A stretch of 64,000 bases of DNA from Podarcis cretensis (lineage: Eukaryota): contig OX638163.1 in NCBI GenBank assembly GCA_951804945.1, positions 44,082,001 through 44,146,000 on the forward strand, read 5' to 3'. The notes beneath the pieces were generated by a model. That model did not search any database. It saw only the letters and a list, made by a program, of their open reading frames with translations, and was not told where the DNA came from. The position numbers and the translations under genes are program-made. Positions 1-12,466 of the stretch are shown piece after piece (positions within the stretch are counted from its first letter, which is position 1; every line of letters starts with the position of its first letter).

Positions 1-403
1 TTAATAATGATTTGCCCATATGCAATGTGTAGTCACCCCTGTCAGCTCAAGAGACACAATTTTGCAATGTCCTTTTCATAAATGTAAGTTAATGGCGTAT
101 TCATTAGTCGTGTGCCTGGAAAAGCATCCCAGATACATACAACAAAATCCAATTACAAATTCTGATTTCATTCATGTATACCCAGAGACACATAAAGAAT
201 TTATGGCTTTCTAGTTTATATTTAAGGGAGCAATAGGGAAGGCTGGGTGTTATGAGGACTGAGGCCAGTGCATTCCTAAATACTGGATGGAATGTATATA
301 AATAATCTGTGTCATCCAAGAATGTTTGCAACTACCTCACCACCAATCCTCTCCATCATCTCCCCCTGCAAAATGCTCCATCCATATTTACATAAATGAC
401 AGA

Positions 404-450
404 ACTAGTAATACAGTATACTAGTAATACAGCATAGTAATACAGTATAT
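404..450. repeat. Short tandem repeat, 3 imperfect copies of TAGTAATACAG
   Basis: actagtaatacagtata-ctagtaatacagca-tagtaatacagtata seen directly. Confidence 0.8.
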
Positions 451-682
451 ATTCTATACATCTAGTATGCATTTTTTTTATTCATATAATGAGCTGGGCT
501 TTTTAAAAACAAAAACAAAAGAGCAACCAATAATGAACAAGTGCACCTTGATACAAAAGGCTGAGAAAAGCTTGCTTTGGTCATATCTTTCAAATTCCAT
601 ATATATGCCCACAGATGCCTCCTCCATCGTTAGAGGAGAGGGGCTTAAAAAGAAAGGTTTAGCATCATTCCCTCTTCACAGG

Positions 683-835
683 AAACTATGAACTGTAGCT
701 CTGACTGACAGGTGACAGGTGAAGTCTCCTAACAACTCTCAGAACCGTTAACAAACTACAGCTCCCATAATTCTTTTGGGGGAGCCAATATGGTTTAAAG
801 TGGCACCATAGTCCTGCATGGTGTGACTGTGGCCT
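683..835. mobile_element. Old palindromic MITE-like repeat (related copies ~3685-3885, ~11440-11550)
   Basis: aactgtagctctg...aaactacagctccca internal inverted motif recurring in several degenerate copies. Confidence 0.5.
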
Positions 836-2130
836 ATGGAAAGCAAAGTTGATTACATGCTCAAAGATGGAGAGAAGAGAAAGGGAAGAGAGATTTATTG
901 CAAAACACTATGTTCTTTGGAAGCCCTTGATGCAGATTAGCAGTGGTATCAAATAAATAGCATGCAAAGACTGCAAAATTGTTATGAGAAATAAATGTGA
1001 CTGTGCAAGCTTGTATTAACAAAGAGACCTCAAGTCAGATTATCTGATGTTTACACTGTGTTCTTCATCTTTGACACTGCTAAAGTTTGTTTAGCTTAAG
1101 GTTTATTTTCAATCCCCTGTTGGTATTATTCATGAACAACATTAGTCTTCTCATACATGCATTTTCAGGGAAAACAGATATCACAAGCAAAAGAACTTGC
1201 CACTCTGCAACTTTCCCACCACCCCACCTCTGTCGTTAAATCAATTTATTGCATGCATACTATATGATTTATTTCCTTGCCTCTGCATATTAAATCTTTG
1301 TACTCAGTGGATCACCAGAACCAATCTGTGCTAGTGCTTTATGAGAAAACAGTCTTGGAACCCTTTGTTTAGGCAGGTGACATTTCTGTAAACGAAAAGG
1401 GAAGCCATTTCCCGTAAGTCATCATATTATGGTAGATTAAATTATGAACTGCTTAGGATAATTGAGAGAAGATTCTATTGCTCTTAGTTTCTTATAGACT
1501 ACCATCCTTCAGTAGTGATTTTATCTTCCTATTAAAATTGATTTCCTAGCTTGAGTTGAGGGTTCTTAGATTGATTACTTCTCCCAGAGACAAAGCACAA
1601 AGAAGTATCTTTCTTCTCCCCATGTTGGGGCAGGGCAGGGGAAACAGTCAAGCACTCCATCCATGACACATTGACTTTAGAAGTAAAATGTCAAGATACT
1701 GAGCTGTCAGCAGCAGTCTTTGTTCAATGGAGAAGCCCATAGTTGGAACTGAAGTGTAAATCAGAACCAAAAGGTATTTTGGGGGCTCCTCCAGATGAGC
1801 TGCTTATTGAATATTCATCCCATTTGCTTGCAGAAAGCTTATGGGAAGACTAGACTGTGGGTGCATTCAGGCTCAAGGAATATTCCATTAGTTTCCCTGA
1901 TTATGCTAGTGCTTCTGGCTCATTTTCTAATGTTCCTTTTGCACCACAGTTCCTGTTGTGCTGTGGAATCATGACCTTTTTGACTGATCTACACAGCATT
2001 TCATTCACTCTAGTGGGCATGATGTGACACAACAACAAAGGTCATTGGACAACGTCACTACGTTCTATCACTTGCCACACATGAATTATTATATTCCCTC
2101 GTGGTTAGCCCATGAACACGGAAGGAACAG

Positions 2131-2845
2131 GGGGTTTGGGCTGGGTGTTCATCAGTAGGCGGATGATACCAAGCTCTACCTCTCTTTCAAATCAGAACCA
2201 AGTGAAGAAAATGAAGGTCCTGTGTGAGTGCCTGGAGGCAGTTGGAGCTTGGGACCCTACCTGCCGCAGACTGTCTCACCAGAGTGGTGCAAGCTCTAGT
2301 TATCTCCCGCTTGGACTACTACAATGCGCTCTACATGGGGCTACCTTTGAAGGTGACCCGGAAACTACAACTAATCCAGAATGCTGCAGCCAGACTGGTG
2401 ACTGGGAGTGGCTCCCGAGACACTGGTCTTGAAAGACCTACATTGGCTCCCAGTACATTCCCGAGCACAATTCAAAGAGTTGGTGTTGACCTTTAAAGCC
2501 CTAAATGGCCTCAGCCCAATATCCCCGAAGGAGCATCTTCTTTCCCCATCAGCCTGGAATCTGAGGTCCAGCGCCAAGGGCCTTCTGGCGTTTCCCTCCC
2601 TACAAGAAGTGAGGTTATAGGGAACCAGGCAGAGGGCCTTCTTGGTAGTGGTGCCCACCCTGTGGAACACCTTCCCATCAGATGTCAAGGAAATAAACAA
2701 CTAGCTGACTTTTAGAAGACATCTGAAGGCAGCCCTGTTTAGGGAAGTTTTTAATGTTTGAAGTTTTATTCTGTTTTAGTCCTCTGCTGGGAGCCACCCA
2801 GAGTAGCTGGGGAAACCCAGCCAGATGGGTGGGGTATAAATAATA
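2131..2845 (+). mobile_element. L2 LINE 3' fragment (RT remnant, ORF2 C-terminus, 3' UTR), internally deleted
   Basis: Translates FGLGVHQ*ADDTKLYLSF (YADD motif with stop), then ALVISRLDYYNALYMGLP..LQLIQNAAARLVTG and LHWLPV..FK.LVLTFKALNG; ends in gatgggtggggtataaataataaa tail. Confidence 0.93.
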
Positions 2846-3070
2846 AAATTAAAATTAAAAATCAAATGTAATCACTTTATGCTCATAATTTTCCAGATTG
2901 AAGATACCACAAATGATTTTTTCTGGAATCAAACAACATGGAATGAGTACTAAACATGCACTACATTTCCTTAGTTTTCCAGAAGTGGCTTTTACTTTAT
3001 GTGACAGTTGAACTATAATGTGGAAAAGTAAAAGTTAGGGAAACATTAGGGATATGGAATGCAGCCTATA

Positions 3071-3452
3071 AAAGGTAAAGGTAAAGGTACCCCTGCCCGT
3101 ACGGGCCAGTCTTGACAGACTCTGGGGTTGTGCGCCCATCTCACTCAAGAGGCCGGGGGCCAGCGCTGTCCGGAGACACTTCCGGGTCACGTGGCCAGCA
3201 TGACAAAGCTGCATCTGGTGAGCCAGCGCAGAACACGGAAACGCCGTTTACCTTCCCACCAGTAGGTGGTCCCTATTTATCTACTTGCACCCGGGGGTGC
3301 TTTCGAACTGCTAGGTTGGCAGGCGCTGGGACCGAGCAGCGGGAGCGCACCCCGCCGCGGGGATTCGAACCGCCGACCTTTCGATCGGCAAGCCCTAGGC
3401 GCTGAGGCTTTAACCCACAGCGCCACCCGCATCCCGGGTCCACCCGCGTCCC
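3071..3452 (-). mobile_element. Sauria SINE (Squam1), young full-length copy
   Basis: (AAGGTA)n = minus-strand (ACCTTT)n tail; head GGGACGCGGGTGGCGCTGTGGGTTAAA and B-box GGTTCGAATCC; near-identical to copies at 6299, 12983, 50926. Confidence 0.95.
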
Positions 3453-4539
3453 AATCATGTTCCTAACCACAAAAGTCAATGTTTTAGTTTTTCCACCAGG
3501 GGGACAGAGAACTTTAATTCACTTTAGTTGCACACACAAATTTCCAGTATGTGCTTGGATCCCTCCAGGAAGTAATGTTAATCTGTAGTGAAGCAAGGAA
3601 GCACAATTGAGAAGTAAGCCAGAATTCCCAAGCAGAGAGGGACAAATCAAAGGATGTTGGAACACATCAGAGTTCAGAAAGACCTTGGGAAGATCCACAC
3701 CATACATTTAAAGCACATCCAGTGAACATTTAAAGCACATGGAAGAATCATGGGAGCTGTGGACTCTCCTTCACAGAGCTATATAATTCTCAGCATCCTT
3801 AACAAACTACAGTTCCCAAGATTCTTTCAGAGAAATTATGTGCTTCAAAATGTGTGTTGTGTGTGCTTTAATTGTATGCTGTGGAACTGCCACATGCTGT
3901 TCCAAGAAAAGCTTAACAGGAAGATAAAGTCTGGATCCCACACATTTTATTTTTCAGACACATGCAAACAACCTTTCAAAGAGATGGAATTTAAAATGAC
4001 TGGAAGATAACACATGAAAGCAAAAAAACCAAAACAAAACCCCAAGTGATTATATATCAGTGATTAGCAGGAGACTCCCACCGCATCTTCATGAAAACCA
4101 TATGATTTGTTTGCTTATACTATTTACTGCACAGTTTCTGGCAGTATTTAGACAGCATTTTATTCCATTTTCCTTATGTTTCCCTTACCTAATACTTTTT
4201 GTGTTTTTTCTGCTTTTTCACAAGATGTAAAAGCCACTTCTGGAAATGTACTATATATGTTCTTGTTTTCTTTTGACCTCTTCCATTTGTTGTTACATTT
4301 AACTACTTAGATCTCCACCTTGCAGATATCTTTCATGGTGTTCCTTCTGATCCTATATGGTCTGAAACACAGGCAGGGAGGAATGTGCGTCCTTCCACAT
4401 CTAAGAACGTAAGAGCATTTCATCCAGTAGAGTTCGGAACATGTATCATCTTATTATTTGATTCCAGTATGAGTAACATAAAAAGAGCCCTTTTGGATCA
4501 GGTCAAAGGTCATCAAGTCCAACATTTGGTTCTAACACT

Positions 4540-5216
4540 CAGTGCCGGATTTACGTATAAGCTAAACAAGCTATAGCTTAGGGGGGCACTCTCTTGGGGC
4601 TCCCAAAAAAATTAAAGAAAAATAACCTGGATGTACATTTCCAAAATATAAGTTCAACAATTACTTTGATAAAATACAGATTTTGTTATGTGCAAATGGC
4701 TTTAGATAACTCTTAGGTTCATAAATGGGATGCGTGTGGCACTGTGGGTTAAACCACAGAGCCTAGGACTTGCCGATCAGAAGGTCAGCGGTTTGAATTC
4801 CCACAATGGGGTGATCTCCCGTTGCTCGGTCCCTGCTCCTGCCAACCTAGCAGTTTGAAAGCACATCAAAGTGCAAGTAGATTAATAGGTACTGCTCCGG
4901 TGGGAAGGTAAATGGCGTTTCCGTGCACTGCTCTGGTTCGCCAGAAGCGGCTTAGTCATGCTGGCCACATGACCCAGAAGCTGTACACTGGCTCCCTCAG
5001 CCAATAAAGTGAGATGAGTGCCGCAACCCCAGAGTCGTCTGCGACTGGACCCAATGGTCATGGGTCCCTTTACCTTTTTAGGTTCATAAATTTCCATATA
5101 GCATATATTCAACACAAAAAAGTGACAATTTGTTGTTGACAAATGACAGCTGGACATATAAAGGGCCCCATTACCTTCAGTTGCTTAGGGCCTCATCAAA
5201 CCTAAATCTGGCCCTG
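4540..5216 (+). mobile_element. Non-autonomous hAT MITE (CAGTGCCGGATTTA family), interrupted by a Sauria SINE
   Basis: TIRs cagtgccggattta / taaatctggccctg; 8-bp TSD ctaacact/ctcacact; sister copies at 28453 and 57724; sits inside a CR1-type 3' tail remnant (~4470-5300). Confidence 0.88.
4727..5077 (+). mobile_element. Sauria SINE, older subfamily
   Basis: gggatgcgtgtggcactgtgggttaaacc head, gggtccctttacct tail, perfect 14-bp TSD ttaggttcataaat (4713-4726, 5078-5091). Confidence 0.95.
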
Positions 5217-6174
5217 CTCACACTGCTGAACAGCACTCTCCACTTGTGATTCTTAGCAACTGGCATTCAGAGGCATCCTGCTTCCAACAGCGGAGACAGA
5301 ACATCATACTCTTTAACTACAGAGGGTCATTCTCAGAGTAAGGAAACCGAAACACTTTAGACAGTAGGGTTGAGTTGTCATGATGGAATGCTTTACCATA
5401 TCCACACACACACACACAAATATTCACCTACTGAAAACTTTCACATCAGAGGAAAATGCTTTTAGATAAGATTTAAACAACTCCAGTGATAATCTCATAA
5501 TTAAAGGGCCGGGGGGGGGGGAAATCCTACGCAAGTATCTCAAATTTAGAATATAATGACGGTACTTTAAACAAAAGTCTAATTGTGGAAATGTTATGTG
5601 TTTCAACTGCGAAGAGTGCCCCCCCTCTCCTCTCAAAGGCACACACCAAAAACAAAACAAAACCCATAGCTCTTTTGAGCTACAAAAGAACCCCTATGAA
5701 CTCTACTCTCCAAAATTAAAAAATACAAGAAGAGCAAAATATAACCAAGTGCTTTATATAAAGAACTAATTGTTCCAAGGTACTGTCAGAGGGGAAAGGG
5801 ATTTGGAGACGGGAGCGGGGAGGAAATACAATGTAAGCAACAGAGGCATCAACTCCCAATTGCCGCATGAGTCACTGAGGCAAATTATTGTGACGGTAGG
5901 AGTTGATGTTTAATTTGAAATAAGCAGGGGAAATGTGTGTTCAACACATTTGCCTGGATGCAAAACCTGTTTGATGGCTACTGTGGGGGAAAATGGTGTT
6001 TCCCGAGATGCAAAACATGATCAGCAATTAACAGCAGAGAAAAGCAAAGTTCCTTAACTGGGAAAGCCCTTGATAACTAAGGGTGAAAAGCACGACGACG
6101 GTATTATTGGGCTCTTTCAATTTGACAAGGCAGCAGAAGGTCTGTAGCTCAGGGACAAAGCATATTTTTTGTTT

Positions 6175-6671
6175 CATACCCTCCAACATTTCTCCGATGA
6201 AATAGGGATGTCCCATTCCATAATGATGATTTTACTATTTATACCACACATATCTTACTGGGTTTCCCCAGCCAGTCTGAGCATCTTCTAACATATATAA
6301 AGGTAAAAGGTAAAGGTACCCCTGCCCGTACGGGCCAGTCTTGACAGACTTTGGGGTTGTGCGCCCCTCTCACTTAAGAGGCCAGGGGCCAGCGCTGTCC
6401 GGAGACACTTCCGGGTCACGTGGCCAGCGTGACATCGCTGCTCTGGCGAGCCAGAGCCGCACACGGAAACGCCGTTTACCTTCCCGCTGGTAAGCGGTCC
6501 CTATTTATCTACTTGCACCCGGAAGTGCTTTCGAACTGCTAGGTTGGCAGGCGATGGGACCGAGCAGCGGGAGCGCACCCCGCCGCAGGGATTCGAACCG
6601 CCGACCTTTCGATCGGCAAGTCCTAGGCGCTGAGGCTTTAACCCACAGCGCCACCTGCGTCCCATTCCAAC

Positions 6672-6703
<32 letters not shown>

Positions 6704-6876
6704 AAAAAAATATTCAGATGGCTCGGGGGTCAGATAACTCCATACCCTCCAACGTTTCTCTAATGAAAATAGGGATGTTCTAAGGAAAAGTGGGACATTC
6801 TGGGATCAAATTAGAAACCAGGACAGCTTTTTTTAAATCAGGGATGTCCCTGGAAAATAGGGGCACTAAAGGTTTT
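6175..6876. mobile_element. Composite MITE (CATACCCTCCAAC family) with embedded L2 3' tail, interrupted by a Sauria SINE
   Basis: Internal repeats cataccctccaacatttctc..gatgaaaataggga; same architecture at 12065-12466. Confidence 0.7.
6299..6663 (-). mobile_element. Sauria SINE, young copy
   Basis: Full head and tail; TSD ttc(t/c)aacatatata on both sides. Confidence 0.95.
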
Positions 6877-7700
6877 GTGGTTTACATGTAGAAGGTCCCA
6901 GGTTCAGTCCCTAGCAAACCCCTTGAGATCTGCTGCCAGTCAGTGCAGTCCATATGAACAGAAGAAGGAGCTCTGCTAGATCAGGACAGAAGCCTGTTTT
7001 AAAGTCCTGAATCCTGGTTGCCCCAGTGATGACACCAGACACCTCTTGAAAGGACATCAGGGCAGTAGCTCTCTCTCTCAAAGTCGTTGTCCAGCAACCG
7101 GCATACACAAGCTAGTGACGGTTGGCAGGATGGGATAGCGTTGCTTACCTGGCTTCCCAACATGAAGGTCAGTGCTGGTAACCAGAAGGTAGAGATATTA
7201 ATCAGTGATGTAGTGGGAACTGCGGCAGAGCCAATATGGTGCTCCCAATGTTACCTCAGCACCGACCTCCCCACTACCTTCCTCCTACCCTTCTAGGTGA
7301 CCAGCAGTGACCTCCATATGCATTCCTTCCCCACCTTGCTCTGCCCAGCTAACGACTACTGACAGAGACATCCTTTCTCTGAACTTGGAGCCATCATTGC
7401 CATACGTCGCTGATAGTCTTATCCTCTGAGAGTTTGCCTAAGTATTTGAATAAGTTAAATGGACCAATGGCCAGATTCAATATAAAGCCAGTTTCCCGTG
7501 TTCTTAATTTGTTTATTTGCTAGTTTTTGTTTTTCTGAGAGAGGTCATATTTCAGGTTTCCTTTAAAAATAATAATTAAAAAAGTAGCTATGGGTGAGTT
7601 TTACGCTGATTTCTGCATCAAACAAGCTCTAGAAGGGATTCATTAGCCACAATCACAATGTCTCTCCTTGCTGCGATATGGGACTCCAGAAGGTTCAGAT

Positions 7701-7892
7701 CAGGAGTGCCAACTTGAATGAAATATTATGGGGGCCCAGGTAAGTCCCACCCCACATAATCAATGAAATGACACGGTGCATGCACACCATTTGACTGGCA
7801 ATTGCCCATCAACTTTGCGGGGGCCCGGCCCACTCAAACATTTTACTGTGAGGGCTGAAGCCCTTCATGGTCCCTAGGAGTTGGCGCCTATG
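7701..7892 (+). mobile_element. Non-autonomous hAT MITE (~190 bp)
   Basis: Perfect 8-bp TSD gttcagat (7693-7700, 7893-7900); imperfect TIRs caggagtgccaact / agttggcgcctatg; sister copies at 41410 (opposite strand) and ~43503. Confidence 0.88.
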
Positions 7893-8224
7893 GTTCAGAT
7901 AATGAAAAGTACGAGAGAGAGGTGTCGTTTAAGGCTCAGGAAAAGAGGGCAGGGATTGCACTTGCTGATTCAGAAGCTCTTTACTTTTGCACTCAGCAAA
8001 AGCTATCATTGAAAGAAGCATGGCTATAATGCTGCACATTTGTATTCAGTATTTACCAGTGAGACATCTGATGGAAAGCATCTCCAGTTCTAGTGTGGCG
8101 GCAATAATGCAGTGCTTTTATTACTGCAGCAGCTAATTAACTTTGATTGTGATGAGTAGTGTGTGCATGTGCTCATGAGAGAGAGACTGCGGTGGGGGGG
8201 GGTAACACATAGTTAAACTATGCG

Positions 8225-8490
8225 CTGCATGAATAAGTACTGTCTTTTACCTGTCCTGAACCTTCCAACATTTGGCTTCCTTGGATGTCCATGGGTTCTA
8301 GTCGTATGAGAGAGGGAGAAAAGCTTTTCTATATCCACTCTTTCTAAGGCGTGCATAATTTTAAAAACTGTCATGTCACCTCTTACTCAGAGGCAGCATA
8401 TCTCTTCATACCAGTTGCAGTGGTTCACAAGTGGAAGATGACTATAGCACTCATGTCCTGCTTGTGGGCTTCCCATAGGTAACAGGAGAG
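8225..8490. mobile_element. Degenerate CR1 LINE 3' fragments
   Basis: Minus-strand match to CR1 ORF2 end (gagaaaagcttttctatatccact..gcataattttaaaaac) followed by a CR1 3' UTR-like piece. Confidence 0.55.
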
Positions 8491-8519
8491 GAAAGAAATC
8501 TCAAAGGAATATTGCTAGA

Positions 8520-8690
8520 TAGGAAGTTGCTTTATACCAAGTCATACCGTTAGTCTATGTAGCTCAGTACTGTCTATATAGACTGCCAGTAGCTGTTTCA
8601 GATCAGGATATTTTTCAGTCCTATCTGGAGATGCCAGAGATTGAAGGTCGGACCTTCTGCACACTAAGCATGTTTTCTACCTGTGAGCTA
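8520..8690 (-). mobile_element. Squam2-like tRNA-derived SINE
   Basis: taggaagttgctttatacc..gtagctcagtactgtcta..ggagatgccagagattgaa..ggaccttctgca; same family at ~6880, 10435, 18197, 25860, 39003, 52675, 57515. Confidence 0.7.
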
Positions 8691-9002
8691 CACCACTTCT
8701 CCAAACATGCCGTTAGCATGTTTGTGGGAGGGATGAAGAGACTGTCCTCAGATCCTATCTGATATTAATATTGGGCTGCTACTTAGATGTAAGAGCAGGG
8801 ACCCAGAGTGGCTCTAAATCCTGTCCTCTGGTCTAAGAGGGGGTTGAGGTTTTGGTCTTATGGAGACAGGATTCTGAAAACAGGGGCCTGAAGCTGGGCT
8901 CCTCCCAGTTGGATGATAGATTACAGAAGCCAAAAAGAGAGAACTAGACAAGTTGTCTGTATTATCTGTTACCTGCCACTGTCTCGAGGGAATATTGAAC
9001 AT

Positions 9003-9433
9003 TAGAGATGGAAGAATCTGTTCATTTTGGTTCTCTACATTTCTTACCCCCCCCGTCTTAAATTTACTTCTCAAAATTTCTGCAGCAGTTTGCAATATTT
9101 TTATTGAAAAAGAAAACTTCATGAAAACAATTCAGCATTTTAGTGTGATTTTTTTCCTAACACACACATTTTTGTATGCAGTGTTAACTAACAAACACAA
9201 TTTTATTTAGCATAATGACATTTTGTATCTTATTTTAATTGATGTATGCATTCTTATGCCAACATTACTCTAATATATGCCCATCTGTAAGCACTGGCGA
9301 GCAGCATCACAAAATTCAGAGAAGTATGAATTTTGAAAGATGGTTGTGTTTCAGTTCTCATACTGTTTTGAATAGTGCAAAAAGGATAGATTCAGCTTTA
9401 AATGCAAACTGAATCAATTTCTCCCCCATCCCT
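9003..9433. mobile_element. Old AT-rich MITE-like repeat with TAGGGATGG-type termini
   Basis: tagagatgg...ccatcccta termini; degenerate copies at ~17060-17410, 21160-21390, 23980-24245, 33790-34040, 52985-53110, 56892-57270, 63340-63435. Confidence 0.6.
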
Positions 9434-10434
9434 ACTCAAGAGGCTTAGAATCTCCCCATAAAAGGGAACCTTATTAAGGTTCCTGGTAACGAGGAGAATT
9501 CAATATGCATTCACCAAACTCGCTTAGGTCTGTTGGTATTCAAGAGCATAACAGGAAATGTAGGTTTGCACAATTAAAGTTCCCTGTCATCCTAGAGCAA
9601 CAAAATCACCTTTTTTAAAAAATGTGCAATTAACAGATAATTAATGGGAAGACATCCAAACACCCTGCAAGCAAACCAGGTTGAACTGAAGGATAAATGT
9701 TCATTGTTGTCTAACCTCCGTGCAAACAATTCAGAGTGAAATCTCAGTAACGGCTGGACATAATCTGATCTCTGTGTGAGCTTTGTGCAAGCAAATAAGG
9801 GAGAAAGCTTAATATATAGGTCATCTGGATAGGTCCTTAGAATCCACATTCAGACTCTCCTTCTCATTTCAGAAAGGTCTGAAGTGTGTGGGGGAGAGGG
9901 GTGTCCTGTACGTGCTTTCGTAGCCACCTCTTCAGGCCAAAAAGCTACCAGAACAGGAGAGTCCCCACCAGCGGGAATATATATATATAGAGAGAGAGAG
10001 CGCACAAAGGAAATGGGACAGGGAGGGAAGAGGAAAATAAAAACCCGAACTCTGGCACCAATTTCTAAACAGTTGTTCCTGTATTGACCAGCAGGCATGG
10101 GAGGTGCTAGATGGAGCTGGTCTTTCAGCAAAGCTGATGGAGTGAGACTTCTGCTTCTCCTACTGAGGCAGCCTGATGGAAAGGCTTCCCCCAGATGACA
10201 GTTTTTGTTTTCTTTTTTGCTTTAGTGTCATAAAAGACTTTATTCCAAATTTCTGATCAAGCACGAAGCTTGCTGGTTGGCCTTTTGAAGTCAATTACTC
10301 TCTCTTGTGTCTGCTTATACCCTATGGGGTTGTTGTGAAAATAAAATTGAATAACCCCATTTGGGATGCTCTGTGCTCTTGGGAGAGTGGCAAAGATAAA
10401 CAATGTGATAAACAGTGCGTGCTGAGTTAGGAAA

Positions 10435-10560
10435 ATAGGAAGTGGTCTTATACCAAGTCAGACTTTTGGTCTATCTAGCTCACTATTGCCAACATTGATT
10501 AACATCAACTCTCTAGGATTTGAGGTGGGACATGTCAAGGCTTAAAGCAGGGACCTTCTG
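10435..10560 (-). mobile_element. Squam2-like SINE, degenerate
   Basis: ataggaagtggtcttataccaagtcagac..ggtctatctagctca..gggaccttctg. Confidence 0.6.
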
Positions 10561-12064
10561 TTCACCAGCTGAGGGGAGAGGAGGCCTGATCCCACACTTC
10601 TCTGCCACAAATGCCACAAAGTGCTATTTCCTACTAAAGAGCTGGTATTAAAAACATTCCACCTCTCAAACAAGCCTTCACTCAAATTACTGGCTTGTTA
10701 TTTCAGCGTTACTTAAGTATTAATCAAGATCCCATACTGCAACGAACCTTTTATTTTTGGCTATCCCCGCCAACTGATTTTGATTTGAACATAATAATGC
10801 AATTAATCATGCACTTTAGTACCGCATTTGCACTAATTTATTCAGATCCCAGGGAGCAGATTACACAGAAGTGACTGCATTATGCATAAGGAATGCAAAG
10901 TTATAGTACACTTACCCCCTAAAAAAATGTACCACATTTATCAATTATCATCAAATGGTTATTTTTATTTATTTAAAAATGCCCCCCCTTAATTTAGAAT
11001 TGTGATTGCATCCCTGATGTTTAGAAATATGAAAATTGGGAAAATTGGGAAATCCAGCAGACTTTTCCACTCCCCTTCCCCCAAGGCACATGCAAGCCCT
11101 CCAACATTTCATAGAGGAAATTAGGTAAGATTACATTAAGGATGCTTGTAAAACTCTGCGGTTCTCATAACCAAGGATCACTTGGTAACCCACCCACTGC
11201 TGGCTGCAATATTACATGCTGCTGGAATAGAGCTTCTCCAGAATATCCAAATGCACACAACCATAGTGTGACTGTGTAACCCTTGATAGTTTTACCCTTG
11301 TCTTTTTAATTATTCCAGTTACTTGAAATGTTTTATACTGTGAATAGAGCTACTATGGCAGGAAAAAAACTCAAAATGAAAAGGGGGCTTTTGGTTAAAG
11401 ATGCATAAGCAAATGATAATAATTGTCTTATGATACATTGGCACAGCCTGTGACTCCTACCAAAGAATACTGGAAACTAGTTTACCCCTCACAGAGCTAC
11501 ATTTCCAAGCACCCTTGGTTCCCAGGATTCTTTGGTCTTGTGTTTTAAACATACGATCCCCACTAACCTAAGCAGCGAGCCATTGCAGGGAGCACTGGGA
11601 TTAAGCTGCTGTTTTAACTATACAGTATTATATATTCCACCTCATCTTTCCCCCAATGAACTCAAGGTGGTGTTGACACACACACAACACCACCACCACA
11701 CCACACCTTCATCTGTTGCAGAGATATAGGAAGCGAACTGGATCCTGTGAGAATTGGATGCTGAATGAAAATGGCCACTGGCTTGATCCAGCTGTGGGAT
11801 TCTTCTTAAGTTCTCATGTGAATCACCAGAGCGCTTTAAAAAATAAAATAAATAAAAAATAAATAAATGAGGTATGTAAGAACTGTCCGTAAGTGGAGAT
11901 AAGGTAAGGCAGTGTTAATTTCATTGAGCACAGCTTGCCTCTGAATAGATGAACTCTTCCCCCCATGTTAAAATGCAAAACAAAACCCCCAATAATATTT
12001 TCAATGGCAATTGGAGTTTGAGGCTCCCATTCCCTTCCAAAGAAGCAACTGGAACAGATTTCTC

Positions 12065-12466
12065 CATACCCTCCAACATTTCTCCAATGAAAATAGGGTT
12101 GTCCTATTCCATAACAACAACAACAACAATTTTATTATTTATTCGCCACCTATCTGACTGGGTTAGCCCAGCCACTCAGAGCAGCTTCCAACAGATATAA
12201 AAACATAACAGAACATTAAACATTTAAAAACGGTATACAGGGCTGCCTTCAGATGTCTTCTAAAGGTTGTATTTCCTTGGCTCAGGGGTCGCATAACTCC
12301 ATACCTCCCAACATTTCTCAAATGAAAATAGGGACATCCTACCATACCCTCAACATTTCTCTGATGAAAATAAGTAAAAAAGGGACATTCCAGGATCAAA
12401 TCAGAAAACAGAATGGCTTCTGTAAATGCAGGACTGTCCCTGGAAAAGAGGACACTTGGAACTTCT
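12065..12466. mobile_element. Composite hAT-like MITE with embedded L2 3' tail
   Basis: 8-bp TSD gatttctc (12057-12064, 12467-12474); three cataccctccaacatttctc units; antisense L2 tail at ~12125-12270. Confidence 0.75.

Noticed and set aside
10250-10300. Penelope-type hammerhead or terminal repeat (ctgatcaagcacgaagc)
   Set aside because: The core is degenerate and no flanking Penelope sequence is recognisable.
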